DNA of 64,000 nt from Minisyncoccota bacterium (GCA_041651395.1 JBAZJI010000001.1:507920-571919); one strand, 5' to 3'; shown: positions 51,848 through 61,342, counted from the stretch's first letter. Made by a program: numbers and translations. The notes: generated by a model not told the origin, from the sequence alone.

Positions 51848-52234
51848 TTATTCCTTAGCTAAATAATAAAGCCCGGCCAAAATAATTGTCGGCAAGGAAA
51901 TGGTCAGAAAAGATCCCCAAAAAGTATAGGTCCGAAAATATAAAGTAAAAATCAAGGCCAAAACACTAAAACTATAAAAACCGATTTTGGGATTTTTCCA
52001 AGAAAAATAAACTAAGATGCCCATAATAATTGAAGGGATAAGGTGCATAAAGATTCCCAAAATTGTTCCCACAAACCCCAGTTGCATATCAAATATATCC
52101 AGGGCAAAAAGTGAAATAAAGCAAATAAATAATATAGAAATTATACGCGCTGCCAATAAAAATTTTGTTTTATTGATCTGCATATTTTTGTTTAATTTGA
52201 TTATACTCTTATTTTCCAAAGAAAAAACCGCCAT
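51848..52234 (-). CDS. Hypothetical membrane protein (128 aa or shorter)
   Basis: ORF track entry with four hydrophobic segments. Confidence 0.45.
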   Translation of the reverse strand: MAVFSLENKSIIKLNKNMQINKTKFLLAARIISILFICFISLFALDIFDMQLGFVGTILGIFMHLIPSIIMGILVYFSWKNPKIGFYSFSVLALIFTLYFRTYTFWGSFLTISLPTIILAGLYYLAKE

Positions 52235-52284
52235 ATTGGCGGTATTATTTTTTAATCAAGCTTCGGATCATTAGAATGGTTTTT

Positions 52285-52491
52285 TCATTTTCGAGCGAAA
52301 TTTTTTATAGCCACTTCCTTAAGCTCTTCTGGATATGCCCTAATCAAGCTGGCAGCAACGGAACCGATAGCCTTATCATCAGAAATCCTAAACACCGCCT
52401 TAAACCCATCTGTTGCTGCAGAGACGGCAATTCTAGCAATTTCACGGAATATTTCCTCGTTCTCGCCGTATTCTACTGGTGCTTTTGCCAT
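52285..52491 (-). CDS. Hypothetical small protein (68 aa)
   Basis: I set the start at the ATG at 52491 (MAKAPVEYGE), which follows a GAGGAG RBS. Confidence 0.4.
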   Translation of the reverse strand: MAKAPVEYGENEEIFREIARIAVSAATDGFKAVFRISDDKAIGSVAASLIRAYPEELKEVAIKNFARK

Positions 52492-52502
52492 TTTTTCTCC
52501 TC

Positions 52503-53489
52503 TCAAGGATATGCATCTTTATAGAGCTTGCAAACGCCCGGCCAATCAAGGAAGGGCGTGGTGCTTTTTACAACATGGCCGCCATTAGCTTCGAGAAGCT
52601 CCAAAAACTTTTCTCCCCGATCTTCAAAGCCGGCAACATTAGAAGTGCAATCACTGACAAGATAAATTTTCTTGCCCAGATTGGCCTCAACGAGATCGCG
52701 GAGGGTTTGGCCCACGCAGTGCGAAAGTGCCTCCCCCATAACAATAATGATATCTGAGCTGGCGAAAGTTTGTGGTGTGACTGCCGGAGTGCTCGCCAAG
52801 GGCTTGCCGTCATAGTTAGTATTAACGACGGGGCTGAATACCGAGTAATACTCCGTATCCAAATCCATCCCCTTGTAGAAAACATTGGCTGAAACTTTGC
52901 GGTAGGTTTCAAAAACCTGTTTGAAAACCGCAATCGGCTCAACGATTTTCTTGCCTTCACTGCCTTCCATGCAATGGTGCGGCCAAAGCGTTAGCGGAAT
53001 TTCTTTTTTGGCTGCTTCCAAACAATAGTGGATGACTTTGTTGTCTTGCTCGTTTTGTTCTCCAGACTTCGGGTTCGATCTCCAATGATTGTAAAGATAA
53101 TCCTCGGCCGTCACTGACGTGAAGGGTGGCGGATTGCTTCCATTGGGCAACAAATGCCTCTCCGGGAAGAAAATTGCTCCCGGATAATGCCTGTCCCCGC
53201 TGATGAAAACCTGAGTTACCACTCCGACGATAGAGCAAAGTAATGCGAGTGCCCTCTCCATATCTTGGTCGGCACCTTCAACGAACAGCGAGCCGCCAAT
53301 TTTGGCAAAGTCTTTTTGCGGATCAACAATCAAAACACTTGTTTTGACCTTGTCGCCCAGCGCCGAAGTAACAAGCTTTTTTGGGAACTGGCACAAGAAG
53401 CCTGGCAAATTTGCTTTCAGGTCGTTTGGTGAAAGGCCTTTCAGAAAATCGTAAAGGCCATTAAGCGGATCCAGATCCAACTGAACCAT
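52503..53489 (-). CDS. pncA: Isochorismatase-family hydrolase, probable nicotinamidase
   Basis: VLIVDPQKDF and the catalytic-Cys block IVMGEALSHCV. I set the start at the ATG at 53489, after a GGAGG RBS. It lies immediately downstream of pncB. Confidence 0.7.
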   Translation of the reverse strand: MVQLDLDPLNGLYDFLKGLSPNDLKANLPGFLCQFPKKLVTSALGDKVKTSVLIVDPQKDFAKIGGSLFVEGADQDMERALALLCSIVGVVTQVFISGDRHYPGAIFFPERHLLPNGSNPPPFTSVTAEDYLYNHWRSNPKSGEQNEQDNKVIHYCLEAAKKEIPLTLWPHHCMEGSEGKKIVEPIAVFKQVFETYRKVSANVFYKGMDLDTEYYSVFSPVVNTNYDGKPLASTPAVTPQTFASSDIIIVMGEALSHCVGQTLRDLVEANLGKKIYLVSDCTSNVAGFEDRGEKFLELLEANGGHVVKSTTPFLDWPGVCKLYKDAYP

Positions 53490-53505
53490 CTCTTTCCTCC
53501 TTTTA

Positions 53506-54795
53506 TTAGACAATGCAGTCTTTTTGATACTGGGATTTATAGCCAAAAACCCGCTTGTAACGTTCCACTTCCTCGGGTTGGCCAATCGCCTTAGCAATGT
53601 TGTCGGAAAGCTTCACTAAACCTTGACCGTCAGCCCCCACCGCTTTAATAACCAGTGAGAGTGGTTTGATTTCCGGCCAGTCAAAAGTAAGGTTTGTGCC
53701 CCAGCCAAAGAGGCAATTTACTTCCGGCGAAAACCTTTTATACAATGCTTCGATTTTCTCCAGATCTAAACCGTCGCTAAAAACAATGGTTTTGCTTTTG
53801 GGATCAATCCCGTTTTTTTGCCAAAGAGCGATGGCATTTTCTGCGAATTCAAACGGATTGCCGGAATCCTGGCGGAAGCCGCTGACCTGTTTGAGCTGCC
53901 TTGACGTTAAATCCTCAAAAAAGAATTCAGTGCCAAAGGTATCAGAGAGCAGAATTGAAAGATCGCCACCATAAAATGACAACCATTCTTGGATGACCAA
54001 ATTATGGCTCCGACGCAAAAGCTTGTCATTTTTTCCAGCTACCCCGGCTCTGACCATGAAAAGTTCATGAGCCATTGTGCCCATAGGCTTCAGTCGCAAA
54101 CTTCTGGCTGCCAAAACATTTGACGTGCCAATCATTGAGCCATGCCTGAGCTTCTGCGCCATCTCTGTGATGACATGCTCCTGCCAGGAGAAAGAAAATC
54201 TCCGGCGTGTCCCAAACTCCATGAATTTTATCCCGGGCATCTCATTAAGCCTGGCGATTTTTTCATCAAGACGGGCTTGGGCGATTTCGCGCAAAGTGTG
54301 GTAATCCAGTCCGAGCTTAGCCATCACGGCACGAGCGTAAAGCTCGTTGACGATTGCTAAAGCCGGGACCTCCCAGAAGATTACCGAATTCCATCGGCCA
54401 AAAAACTTTAAGTGGAATGAATCTCCGCTAGGCTCGAGTGAAAAATACGGCAACCGGATACCTGAAAGAAAATCCAAATATTTGCTGTTGAACCGACAAT
54501 TTGCTCCATCGGAAGTCCGCAAGGAAGAAAGGTAGTCGATTTCAAAACGGGAAAAGGACAATGCCCTCACCTGTTCGAGCTGCCAACGCAACTCCTTGAT
54601 GTCGATATACTCTTCCAGCTTTACGGATTTTGTTCGATTGGTCAGTGCGAAGGTAACACAAGTCTCCGGGGAAAAATGATTTACAAATTGTCCCATGGTG
54701 AACTTATACATATCGGTATCCAAAAGGCTTTTAACTATCGCACGCTTTTTGAATTCCGATACCTTACCTTCAACTGCCGCTCCTCCTTTTTCCAT
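53506..54795 (-). CDS. pncB: Nicotinate phosphoribosyltransferase
   Basis: LLDTDMYKFTMGQ, EFGTRRR, and GTSN motifs. Confidence 0.9.
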   Translation of the reverse strand: MEKGGAAVEGKVSEFKKRAIVKSLLDTDMYKFTMGQFVNHFSPETCVTFALTNRTKSVKLEEYIDIKELRWQLEQVRALSFSRFEIDYLSSLRTSDGANCRFNSKYLDFLSGIRLPYFSLEPSGDSFHLKFFGRWNSVIFWEVPALAIVNELYARAVMAKLGLDYHTLREIAQARLDEKIARLNEMPGIKFMEFGTRRRFSFSWQEHVITEMAQKLRHGSMIGTSNVLAARSLRLKPMGTMAHELFMVRAGVAGKNDKLLRRSHNLVIQEWLSFYGGDLSILLSDTFGTEFFFEDLTSRQLKQVSGFRQDSGNPFEFAENAIALWQKNGIDPKSKTIVFSDGLDLEKIEALYKRFSPEVNCLFGWGTNLTFDWPEIKPLSLVIKAVGADGQGLVKLSDNIAKAIGQPEEVERYKRVFGYKSQYQKDCIV

Positions 54796-54862
54796 ATCTA
54801 TCCTCCTTATTCAATTTTTAATATAGGAATCCAAGGCATTTTACATCCCTAGAATCATTATT

Positions 54863-54891
54863 ATTATAGCATATTATTTTCTTTCTGTCAA
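54863..54891 (-). promoter_or_regulatory. Consensus sigma70 promoter for pncB
   Basis: On the minus strand, TTGACA (54891-54886), a 17-nt spacer, then TATAAT (54868-54863). An AAGGAGG RBS precedes the ATG. Confidence 0.65.
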
Positions 54892-54919
54892 AACAAAAAT
54901 CGCCCCTATTAAGGACGAT
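54892..54919 (-). terminator. Intrinsic terminator after asnS
   Basis: On the minus strand, ATCGTCC-TTAATA-GGGGCGAT is followed by TTTTGTTTT. Confidence 0.6.
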
Positions 54920-54945
54920 TTTTTACTTAAAAGACTGAGGATATT

Positions 54946-56337
54946 TTAGAATTCAGCATTGCCCGGAACCCGCGGGAAAGGTATCACGTCGCGGATATTT
55001 TCCATACCGGTCAAATACATTATCAGCCGCTCAAAGCCCAAGCCAAACCCCGCATGCTTAACCCCGCCATACTTGCGCAAATCCAAATACCACTCTAAGT
55101 CCTTCTCGTTTATGCCAAGCTCTTTGATACGCGAAAGTAATTTTTCTTGCCTCTCTTCTCTTTGGCTGCCCCCGATTATTTCGCCAATACCGGGCACTAG
55201 CAAATCCATGGCGGCCACAGTCTTGCCATCATCATTCTGGCGCATGTAAAAAGCCTTAAACTCTTTGGGATAATCAATGACGAAAACCGGCTTCTTATAA
55301 ACTTGTTCGGTCAAATAACGCTCATGCTCGGTTTGAAGCTCTTTGCCCCAACCAACCGGAAACTCAAATTTTTCCCCAGACTTTTCCAAAATCTCAACGG
55401 CCTGCGTGTAAGTGATGCGTTCAAAGTTTGAGTGCATTACATTTTGCAATCTCTCCGTCAAACCCTCATCAATAAACTTGCCGAAGAAAACCATTTCCTC
55501 GGGCGCATTTTCCAAAATATATTTGATGATATATTTGACCATCTCTTCAGCCAGATCCATATCTTCTTTGATTGTGGCAAAGGCAATTTCCGGCTCAATC
55601 ATCCAGAATTCGGCCGCATGCCTTTTGGTATTGGAATTTTCGGCGCGAAAAGTCGGGCCAAAAGTATAAACCTTGCCAAAAGCCATAGCAAAAGATTCGG
55701 CCTCCAGCTGCCCGGAAACCGTCAGCCCGGTCTCGCGGCCAAAAAAGTCTTTGGAAAAATCTATTTCTCCTTTCTCGGTTTTGGGAACATTTTTCAAATC
55801 CAGAGAGCTGACATGAAACATCTCCCCGGCGCCCTCGCAATCATTGCCGGTAATTACCGGGGTCTGCACATAAATAAAACCTTTCTCTACGAAAAATTTA
55901 TGAATCGCATAAGCCGCTAAAGAACGCACGCGAAAAACTGCCGAAAAAGTATTGGAGCGCGGGCGCAAGTGCGCAATGGTACGCAAATACTCAAAAGTGT
56001 GCCTCTTTTTTTGTAAAGGAAAATCGCTTTCTGAAACGGCCGCCACTTCAATATTTTTGGCTTTAAGCTCCACGGCCTGTTCACCGGCCGGAGATTTTAC
56101 CACTTCGCCAAAAACAATAAGTGCCGAACCGATTGGCAATTTTTCCATTTCTTCAAAATTAGCCAAAGATTTATCAAAAACCACCTGAAGATTTTTGAAA
56201 AAACTGCCGTCATTTAATTCTATAAAACCGGTATCCTTACCGGTGCGCGTAGTGCGCACCCAACCGTTAACCTGCACGCTCTGCCCTAAATGTTTTTCCG
56301 GCTCGCGCAAGATTGTTTTTATTTCTATTATCTCCAT
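54946..56337 (-). CDS. asnS: Asparagine--tRNA ligase
   Basis: [21 protein letters not shown] (motif 2) and GFGLGFERL (motif 3). Confidence 0.95.
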   Translation of the reverse strand: MEIIEIKTILREPEKHLGQSVQVNGWVRTTRTGKDTGFIELNDGSFFKNLQVVFDKSLANFEEMEKLPIGSALIVFGEVVKSPAGEQAVELKAKNIEVAAVSESDFPLQKKRHTFEYLRTIAHLRPRSNTFSAVFRVRSLAAYAIHKFFVEKGFIYVQTPVITGNDCEGAGEMFHVSSLDLKNVPKTEKGEIDFSKDFFGRETGLTVSGQLEAESFAMAFGKVYTFGPTFRAENSNTKRHAAEFWMIEPEIAFATIKEDMDLAEEMVKYIIKYILENAPEEMVFFGKFIDEGLTERLQNVMHSNFERITYTQAVEILEKSGEKFEFPVGWGKELQTEHERYLTEQVYKKPVFVIDYPKEFKAFYMRQNDDGKTVAAMDLLVPGIGEIIGGSQREERQEKLLSRIKELGINEKDLEWYLDLRKYGGVKHAGFGLGFERLIMYLTGMENIRDVIPFPRVPGNAEF

Positions 56338-56391
56338 ATTTTATCAATATGATTATATGGCATTAAACCATAATTTTCCATATCTGGCAAA

Positions 56392-56413
56392 TAAAAAAGC
56401 TGCGGAAGCAGCT
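56392..56413 (-). terminator. Intrinsic terminator after the kinase-like gene
   Basis: On the minus strand, AGCTGC-TTCC-GCAGCT is followed by TTTTTTATTT. Confidence 0.65.
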
Positions 56414-57026
56414 ATTTGATTTCACTGAATAAATATGAAATGGATTCTTCGATAGTTTTATTTGGGGCAATTTGCAGAATAGCAATCCGATTTTTGGATA
56501 AAACCGAAACAACTCGTCCAAAATCTTCTTTAATGCCATGGAACTGCACTTCGACTAGCTCGGAAACGAAACTTTCACCCAACACTTCCTTCTGTTTTTT
56601 TACTAGGCGCTGCAAGCTTAGTTTTTCGCTAACCTTGGGCAAAATAACCAAGCAGCGATGTCTAGCCCCGATCTGGATAATAAACTCCGCAAACTTTTCT
56701 GCCTGTTCTTCATCTCGAGGGAAGCCACTGATTACCGTACCATTGGAATAGCTTATTAACTTCTCAAAAACTTGTTTGCAAACAAATTCATTTTCGCAGT
56801 TCTCCCCTCTCTTTTTGCGCCGCTCCTGTTTTTCTGCTTCATAATCAATCTTTCCAAAAATTGTTTGCGATTTTTCTTTTGCCTCGACTATTGCTTTATC
56901 GATTAAAGAGCTCGTCTCAAAATAGTCCAGTCTATACTTCAGGGCTAGCAACTTCCCAAGAGTGCTCTTCCCGCAACCCGGCAGACCAATAAAGACAAAA
57001 AGGTCATAACCATTGCAATAACCCAT
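56412..57026 (-). CDS. P-loop nucleoside/nucleotide kinase-like protein (adenylate kinase superfamily)
   Basis: The Walker A motif is IGLPGCGKSTLGK. I set the start at the ATG at 57026, after a GGAGG RBS. Confidence 0.6.
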   Translation of the reverse strand: MGYCNGYDLFVFIGLPGCGKSTLGKLLALKYRLDYFETSSLIDKAIVEAKEKSQTIFGKIDYEAEKQERRKKRGENCENEFVCKQVFEKLISYSNGTVISGFPRDEEQAEKFAEFIIQIGARHRCLVILPKVSEKLSLQRLVKKQKEVLGESFVSELVEVQFHGIKEDFGRVVSVLSKNRIAILQIAPNKTIEESISYLFSEIK

Positions 57027-57210
57027 CGTTACCCACCTCCTTTTTATTTTTCGCGAACCAACCATTTTATAACCGTAAAACAGTCTTTGGTCAAATTAAG
57101 TAAAAAGAATCGCCCTCGAGTCGCTCGCTTTGCTCGCGCTCTCGAGGCCCGGCTCGCGCCCAGTCGGCGCTCCGCCTTCTCATCCTATCCGCCCCCATAC
57201 CAACAAAAAT

Positions 57211-57240
57211 AAAAAAGCGCACACTTTGGTGCGCTTTTTT
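57211..57240. terminator. Bidirectional intrinsic terminator after tRNA-Trp
   Basis: gcgcac-actttg-gtgcgc is flanked by AAAAAA and TTTTTT. Confidence 0.7.
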
Positions 57241-57244
57241 GTTT

Positions 57245-57318
57245 TGGCAGGGGCGGAAGGAATCGAACCCTCAATAGCGGTTTTGGAGACCGATGTGATA
57301 CCGTTTCACCACGCCCCT
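57245..57318 (-). tRNA. tRNA-Trp (anticodon CCA), CCA encoded
   Basis: Acceptor AGGGGCG/CGCCCCT, anticodon loop CTCCAAA and T-loop TTCGATT. Confidence 0.9.
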
Positions 57319-57382
57319 ATCACCTCGCCATAGCAATTATGCAACGGCGAGTATAAACAAAGCCGACAAAAGCCGGCTTAGT

Positions 57383-57544
57383 TTACTTTTTGATTTCCTT
57401 GTGAGCTTTGTGTGCGCGGCAGAATTTGCAATATTTCTTAAGATTAAGCTTCTCTTCAACCTTCTTTGACTTAAAAGCAAAATAGTTAATCCTCTTGCAA
57501 CCCGTGCATTGGAGCTTCACGTATGGTTTTCTTTTTGCTGCCAT
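57383..57544 (-). CDS. rpmG: Ribosomal protein bL33 (53 aa; below the track cutoff)
   Basis: Manual translation gives MAAKRKPYVKLQCTGCKRINYFAFKSKKVEEKLNLKKYCKFCRAHKAHKEIKK. Confidence 0.9.
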   Translation of the reverse strand: MAAKRKPYVKLQCTGCKRINYFAFKSKKVEEKLNLKKYCKFCRAHKAHKEIKK

Positions 57545-57578
57545 ATTTTTGTTTTTTATTTAGCCCTTCAAGCTTCTG

Positions 57579-57651
57579 AGCCAAAGACCGGGATCGAACC
57601 GGTGACCTCATCCTTACCATGGATGTGCTCTACCAACTGAGCTACTTTGGC
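57579..57651 (-). tRNA. tRNA-Thr (anticodon GGU)
   Basis: Acceptor GCCAAAG/CTTTGGC, anticodon loop ATGGTAA and T-loop TTCGATC. Confidence 0.9.
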
Positions 57652-57667
57652 GTTTAGGACACAAAAT

Positions 57668-57696
57668 AATTTAGCATAAATATCAGAAATTGGCAA
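57668..57696 (-). promoter_or_regulatory. Promoter for tRNA-Thr
   Basis: On the minus strand, TTGCCA, a 17-nt spacer, then TAAATT. The -10 element ends about 16 nt upstream of the tRNA 5' end. Confidence 0.5.
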
Positions 57697-57803
57697 GAAG
57701 TGTAATTTCGAGCGCCACCTTAATTCTGAACAGAGAGGGGTTTAGCAGTTCGTCTGCTGGCTCTCTGGCATAAATTTCAACTCCCTCTTTTTCTGTATAC
57801 CAC

Positions 57804-57831
57804 ACAAAAAAATCCACCCGCAGGGGTAGAT
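57804..57831 (-). terminator. Intrinsic terminator after tRNA-Tyr
   Basis: On the minus strand, ATCTACCC-CTGC-GGGTGGAT is followed by TTTTTTTGTG. The G-U pair forms only on the minus strand. Confidence 0.7.
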
Positions 57832-57841
57832 CTTTTTTGTG

Positions 57842-57924
57842 TGGGCAGAGAGGGATTTGAACCCCCGTAGACCGAAGTCAACTGGTTTACAGCCAGTCCT
57901 ATTTGGCCACTCTAGCATCTGCCC
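57842..57924 (-). tRNA. tRNA-Tyr (anticodon GUA), long variable arm
   Basis: Acceptor GGGCAGA/TCTGCCC, anticodon loop CTGTAAA and variable arm TGACTTCGGTCTAC. Confidence 0.9.
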
Positions 57925-57956
57925 GTTTTACAAATCAAAATATAACAATATTTTGG

Positions 57957-58661
57957 CTATTTTGCAATATCAGGGGAAATTTTTTTAGACTTCCCTTCCT
58001 TCCACTCCTGAACTTTTTTATGGTCCCCAGAAAGCAAAACCTTGGGCACGCGCCACTTCTTACCCTCTTTAGTAATAAACACTTCCGGCCTTGTGTATTG
58101 CGGATATTCCAAAACCTTCTGGCCCTTCACTTTATTAAAGGATTCGCTCTCCAGAGAATCACTTTTAATTACTCCCGGCATTAATCTGGCAATAGAATCA
58201 ACTACCACCATGGCCGGCAATTCTCCACCCGTTAAAACATACTCACCGATAGAAATTTCTTCATCAGCAATTTTCTCGGCCACACGATTATCCACGCCTT
58301 CATAACGGCCGCAAATCATCACCAGACGGTCATATTTAGCCCATTTTTTAGCCATATCCTGGTTAAATTTCTTGCCATTGGCGGAAAACAAAATTATTCT
58401 CGTTTTCTTGTCTTTATCTTTGGCGATTTCTTTTTTAATATCCTCAACTGCCAAATAAATCTGCTCCAATTTCAAAATCATGCCCGCTCCGCCGCTATAG
58501 GGATGGTCGTCCACTGATTTATAATTATCCGTAGAATATTGTCTTAAGTCCCAGGGCCTAATGGCAATTTTTCCCATTTTTTGCGCACGCAAAACAATAC
58601 TCGTATTAAAATACGAATCAAATATCTGCGGGAAAATTGTAACAATGTCGAACTTTAGCAT
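57957..58661 (-). CDS. trmD: tRNA (guanine37-N1)-methyltransferase
   Basis: MLKFDIVTIFPQIF, GRYEGVDNRV, and IGEYVLTGGELPA. Confidence 0.95.
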   Translation of the reverse strand: MLKFDIVTIFPQIFDSYFNTSIVLRAQKMGKIAIRPWDLRQYSTDNYKSVDDHPYSGGAGMILKLEQIYLAVEDIKKEIAKDKDKKTRIILFSANGKKFNQDMAKKWAKYDRLVMICGRYEGVDNRVAEKIADEEISIGEYVLTGGELPAMVVVDSIARLMPGVIKSDSLESESFNKVKGQKVLEYPQYTRPEVFITKEGKKWRVPKVLLSGDHKKVQEWKEGKSKKISPDIAK

Positions 58662-58741
58662 AAATTATAGTATCAAATCATGGCGCCTTGCGCCATACCA
58701 AAATTTGTCATTCGCAATTTGAAATTTGGGTTTGAAAATAA

Positions 58742-58766
58742 AATAACCCCCATTGCGGAGGTTATT
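58742..58766 (-). terminator. Intrinsic terminator after the KH-domain gene
   Basis: On the minus strand, AATAACCTCC-GCAATG-GGGGTTATT is followed by a T-rich tail. Confidence 0.6.
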
Positions 58767-58777
58767 TTATTTTTTTG

Positions 58778-59095
58778 TTATATATTCAGATCGTCCAAAC
58801 TTGGCTTTGGAGCATCATCGTGCTTGCGGGGACCCCTGCCACCTTCCGGTTCCTCAATCTTGAGGTTAACCCTTGCATGGTTGCGCAGACCCACAATGCG
58901 GACCAAGGTCCTAATGGCCTTGGCAGTGGAACCTTGCCTTCCGATCAACTGTCCCATATCTTCGGGATTACACTTGAGCGTGAGCAAAACTCCCATCTCG
59001 TCTACATCCCTGCCGATTTTGACATCTTCGGGATGATCAACCAGAGTCTTCACGATAAACTCCAGAAATTCCTGGTCGTTCACGTTTTTTGTCAT
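58778..59095 (-). CDS. KH-domain RNA-binding protein (YlqC/UPF0109-like) with a C-terminal extension
   Basis: LEFIVKTLVDHPEDVKI...LIGRQGSTAKAIRTLV (contains a GxxG motif). Confidence 0.85.
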   Translation of the reverse strand: MTKNVNDQEFLEFIVKTLVDHPEDVKIGRDVDEMGVLLTLKCNPEDMGQLIGRQGSTAKAIRTLVRIVGLRNHARVNLKIEEPEGGRGPRKHDDAPKPSLDDLNI

Positions 59096-59199
59096 GTTCT
59101 GAAATATGGTTATTTACTATCGACCTTTGTATTAACAATGGTTAATACGCAAATCAAATCAATCAGCAATCAGGTATCACGGACAGAAAAAATCGGGGA

Positions 59200-59496
59200 T
59201 TATTTAGCCTCTTCCCCTTCTTTCTTCTTTGGTTGTTTATGCGAGGCTTTCTTTTTGGCATCAATCAATTTCTCGGCCACTAATGCATTGTGCACCGTAT
59301 CAGAAACCGTGGCGCCTTGGGAGAGCCAGTGCTTAACCCTTTCAATATTCAACTTTCTCTCTTTGGTCTTGGGGTTATAGTATCCCAATTCCTCCAGAAA
59401 TTTGCCGGACTTGGCAGACCTGCGCTTATCAGTGACTACTATCTTGAAAAATGCGCTGTTTTTCTTGCCAACCCGAATATATCTGATATTCAGCAT
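59200..59496 (-). CDS. rpsP: Ribosomal protein bS16
   Basis: MLNIRYIRVGKKNSAFFKIVVTDKRRSAKSGKFLEELGYYNP. Confidence 0.95.
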   Translation of the reverse strand: MLNIRYIRVGKKNSAFFKIVVTDKRRSAKSGKFLEELGYYNPKTKERKLNIERVKHWLSQGATVSDTVHNALVAEKLIDAKKKASHKQPKKKEGEEAK

Positions 59497-59542
59497 ATTA
59501 TTTTTCAGTGTAGATATTTTGTAGCATTATTTGCAAAATAAA

Positions 59543-60274
59543 TCAAGACCCACGGCCGTGCCACCCCTTGGCCCTAAACCCGGCTTGAGCAGCTGCCTCC
59601 TCGGCTTCCTTTTTAGACATGCCCTGCCCGGTAGCAATCTCTTCTTCTCCCAAATATAGGCCAACCTTAAAATGCTTATCGTGATCCGGCCCCCATTCTT
59701 CCAAAACTTTATAAACCGGTGTCAGCTTTTCAATTTCTTGGGCCTTTTCCTGAAAATGGCTTTTGGCATCGATAAAAGAACCATTGGCGATAATCTCCTG
59801 TAATTCCTTTTTAATTAACTCTTTTTCAATGAGTTGGCGGCAAGGTTCAATGCCTTGGTCTAAAAATAAAGCTCCGATATAAGACTCAAAAGTATTGGCC
59901 AAAATAAAAACCCGCGCCTTACCAGTGTCTTTTTGCTCACCCTTGCTCAAGAGCAAATAATTTTCAAAATTTAATTCCGTGGATTTTTTTGCCAACATCA
60001 TGGAATTTACCAAGGAAGAGCGCCACACGGTCAGAGTGCCCTCATTTTCATTAGGATAATGCGAATATAAATATTGCGTTACTACTAATTCTAAAACTGC
60101 ATCGCCTAAAAATTCGAGGCGTTCGTTGTGCGGCAAATGCATCCACTCGTTTTCATTCAAAAACGATCGATGGATAAAGGCGGCAACAAGCAGCTCTTTA
60201 TTTTGGAAATTAATCCCCAAAGAATCCTCCAGATTCTTGAACTTTACCAATAAATTTTCGAAATTATTATTCAT
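59543..60274 (-). CDS. rnc: Ribonuclease III
   Basis: [16 protein letters not shown] signature and a C-terminal dsRBD. I set the start at MNNNFENL (ATG at 60274), which overlaps the nusB stop by 8 nt. Confidence 0.9.
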   Translation of the reverse strand: MNNNFENLLVKFKNLEDSLGINFQNKELLVAAFIHRSFLNENEWMHLPHNERLEFLGDAVLELVVTQYLYSHYPNENEGTLTVWRSSLVNSMMLAKKSTELNFENYLLLSKGEQKDTGKARVFILANTFESYIGALFLDQGIEPCRQLIEKELIKKELQEIIANGSFIDAKSHFQEKAQEIEKLTPVYKVLEEWGPDHDKHFKVGLYLGEEEIATGQGMSKKEAEEAAAQAGFRAKGWHGRGS

Positions 60275-60845
60275 CTTCGTTTTCCTCTCCTTCCTCGCCC
60301 TCTTTTTTGGCTTTTTTGGCCGTCTTCTTCTTGGCGATTTTCTTGGCCTTTTTAGGTTTATCTCCCTCCTCGTCAGCCTCATCTTCAACGGGCGGCTCCA
60401 AGGTTTCGCCTTTGGCCTTAGCTACTTCTTCGAGTTGTTTATAAACCGTGCCTAAAACGCCGTTAATAAAACGGCCCGAAGATTCCTCTCCAAACATTTT
60501 TCCGAGTTCAATGGCTTCATTAATAGCCACCTTAGGCGGGACAGCCTTGCGATCCCCCATGACCAGCTCATATAAACCGATTCTCAAAACATTGCGGTCT
60601 ACTACCGAAATTTGATCAACCGGCCAGAGCGGTGCGGTCTTGGCGATAATCTCATCAAGCTCGGTAAGGTTGTCGGCAATATGGTGCGACAGCTCATAAA
60701 CAAAATCCGTTTCTTTGAGCCCGGGGCCGAATTCCTCGATGTTGTGTTTAATTATCTCGTCGAGTAGCTCGGATTTTTTTCCGCGGAAGTCCCATTCGAA
60801 AAGGGATTGCATTGCTATTGATCTTGCAAGGTGCCTTGATGCCAT
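60267..60845 (-). CDS. nusB: Transcription antitermination factor NusB with a K/E-rich C-terminal tail
   Basis: [14 protein letters not shown] and [26 protein letters not shown], followed by a charged tail of about 50 aa. Confidence 0.9.
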   Translation of the reverse strand: MASRHLARSIAMQSLFEWDFRGKKSELLDEIIKHNIEEFGPGLKETDFVYELSHHIADNLTELDEIIAKTAPLWPVDQISVVDRNVLRIGLYELVMGDRKAVPPKVAINEAIELGKMFGEESSGRFINGVLGTVYKQLEEVAKAKGETLEPPVEDEADEEGDKPKKAKKIAKKKTAKKAKKEGEEGEENEDE

Positions 60846-60881
60846 AAGTAAAGAACTAATTTAGATGCGAAGAAGGGTCTT

Positions 60882-61121
60882 TTATTCACCCTTCTTGTCG
60901 GCGAGTTCTGCCTCTTTCGCTTTCTTTTGCTTTTTATCCAGCTTCTTTAGCACGTCTATGACCTGCCTGCCTTTGTAGGTTCCGCAGTTGGGGCACACTG
61001 TGTGCATCATCGCGTCTTTGCCGCACTTGGGGCATTTCTGAGTTTTGGGGCTAGCGAGCCTCAAATTTCCTCTCCTCTTGCCTTGGCGGGAACTGGTAAG
61101 CCTTCTTTTTGGTGTTGCCAT
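60882..61121 (-). CDS. rpmF: Ribosomal protein bL32 with a C-terminal extension
   Basis: MATPKRRLTSSRQGKRR and the zinc ribbon CPKCG...CPNCG. Confidence 0.9.
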   Translation of the reverse strand: MATPKRRLTSSRQGKRRGNLRLASPKTQKCPKCGKDAMMHTVCPNCGTYKGRQVIDVLKKLDKKQKKAKEAELADKKGE

Positions 61122-61127
61122 ACTGTT

Positions 61128-61155
61128 ATTCTAGCTTATTTTTGGAATTTTCCAA
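61128..61155 (-). promoter_or_regulatory. rpmF promoter with leaderless geometry
   Basis: On the minus strand, TTGGAA, a 16-nt spacer, TAGAAT (61133-61128), 6 nt, then the ATG at 61121. There is no SD. Confidence 0.45.
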
Positions 61156-61307
61156 TCAAGCTAACTTAACATAAAAGCCAAAAAAGCGCAAGGGTATAAG
61201 CTTAAAATCAAAAATTCCAAAACCTGAATAAACTCCGAAGATAAAAAGATAGCATTATTAAACTAGAAAATATTATTACCACGCCATTAAAAAGCTCTTT
61301 TGCAATA

Positions 61308-61336
61308 TTGGCTGACATCTCGATTGGCGGTATAAT
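61308..61336 (+). promoter_or_regulatory. dnaE promoter with leaderless geometry
   Basis: TTGGCT (61308-61313), a 17-nt spacer, TATAAT (61331-61336), 6 nt, then the ATG at 61343. There is no SD. Confidence 0.5.
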
Positions 61337-61342
61337 TGCCCT

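Noticed and set aside
57130-57333. A 67-aa plus-strand ORF.
   Set aside because: It crosses a terminator hairpin and tRNA-Trp. The open frame is caused by a GC-rich non-coding segment.
59543-60388. The track start of rnc at 60388, giving a 281-aa protein.
   Set aside because: The extra 38 aa are K/R low complexity, read from the purine-rich DNA that encodes the NusB tail. The ATG at 60274 gives a canonical RNase III N-terminus with the usual short overlap.
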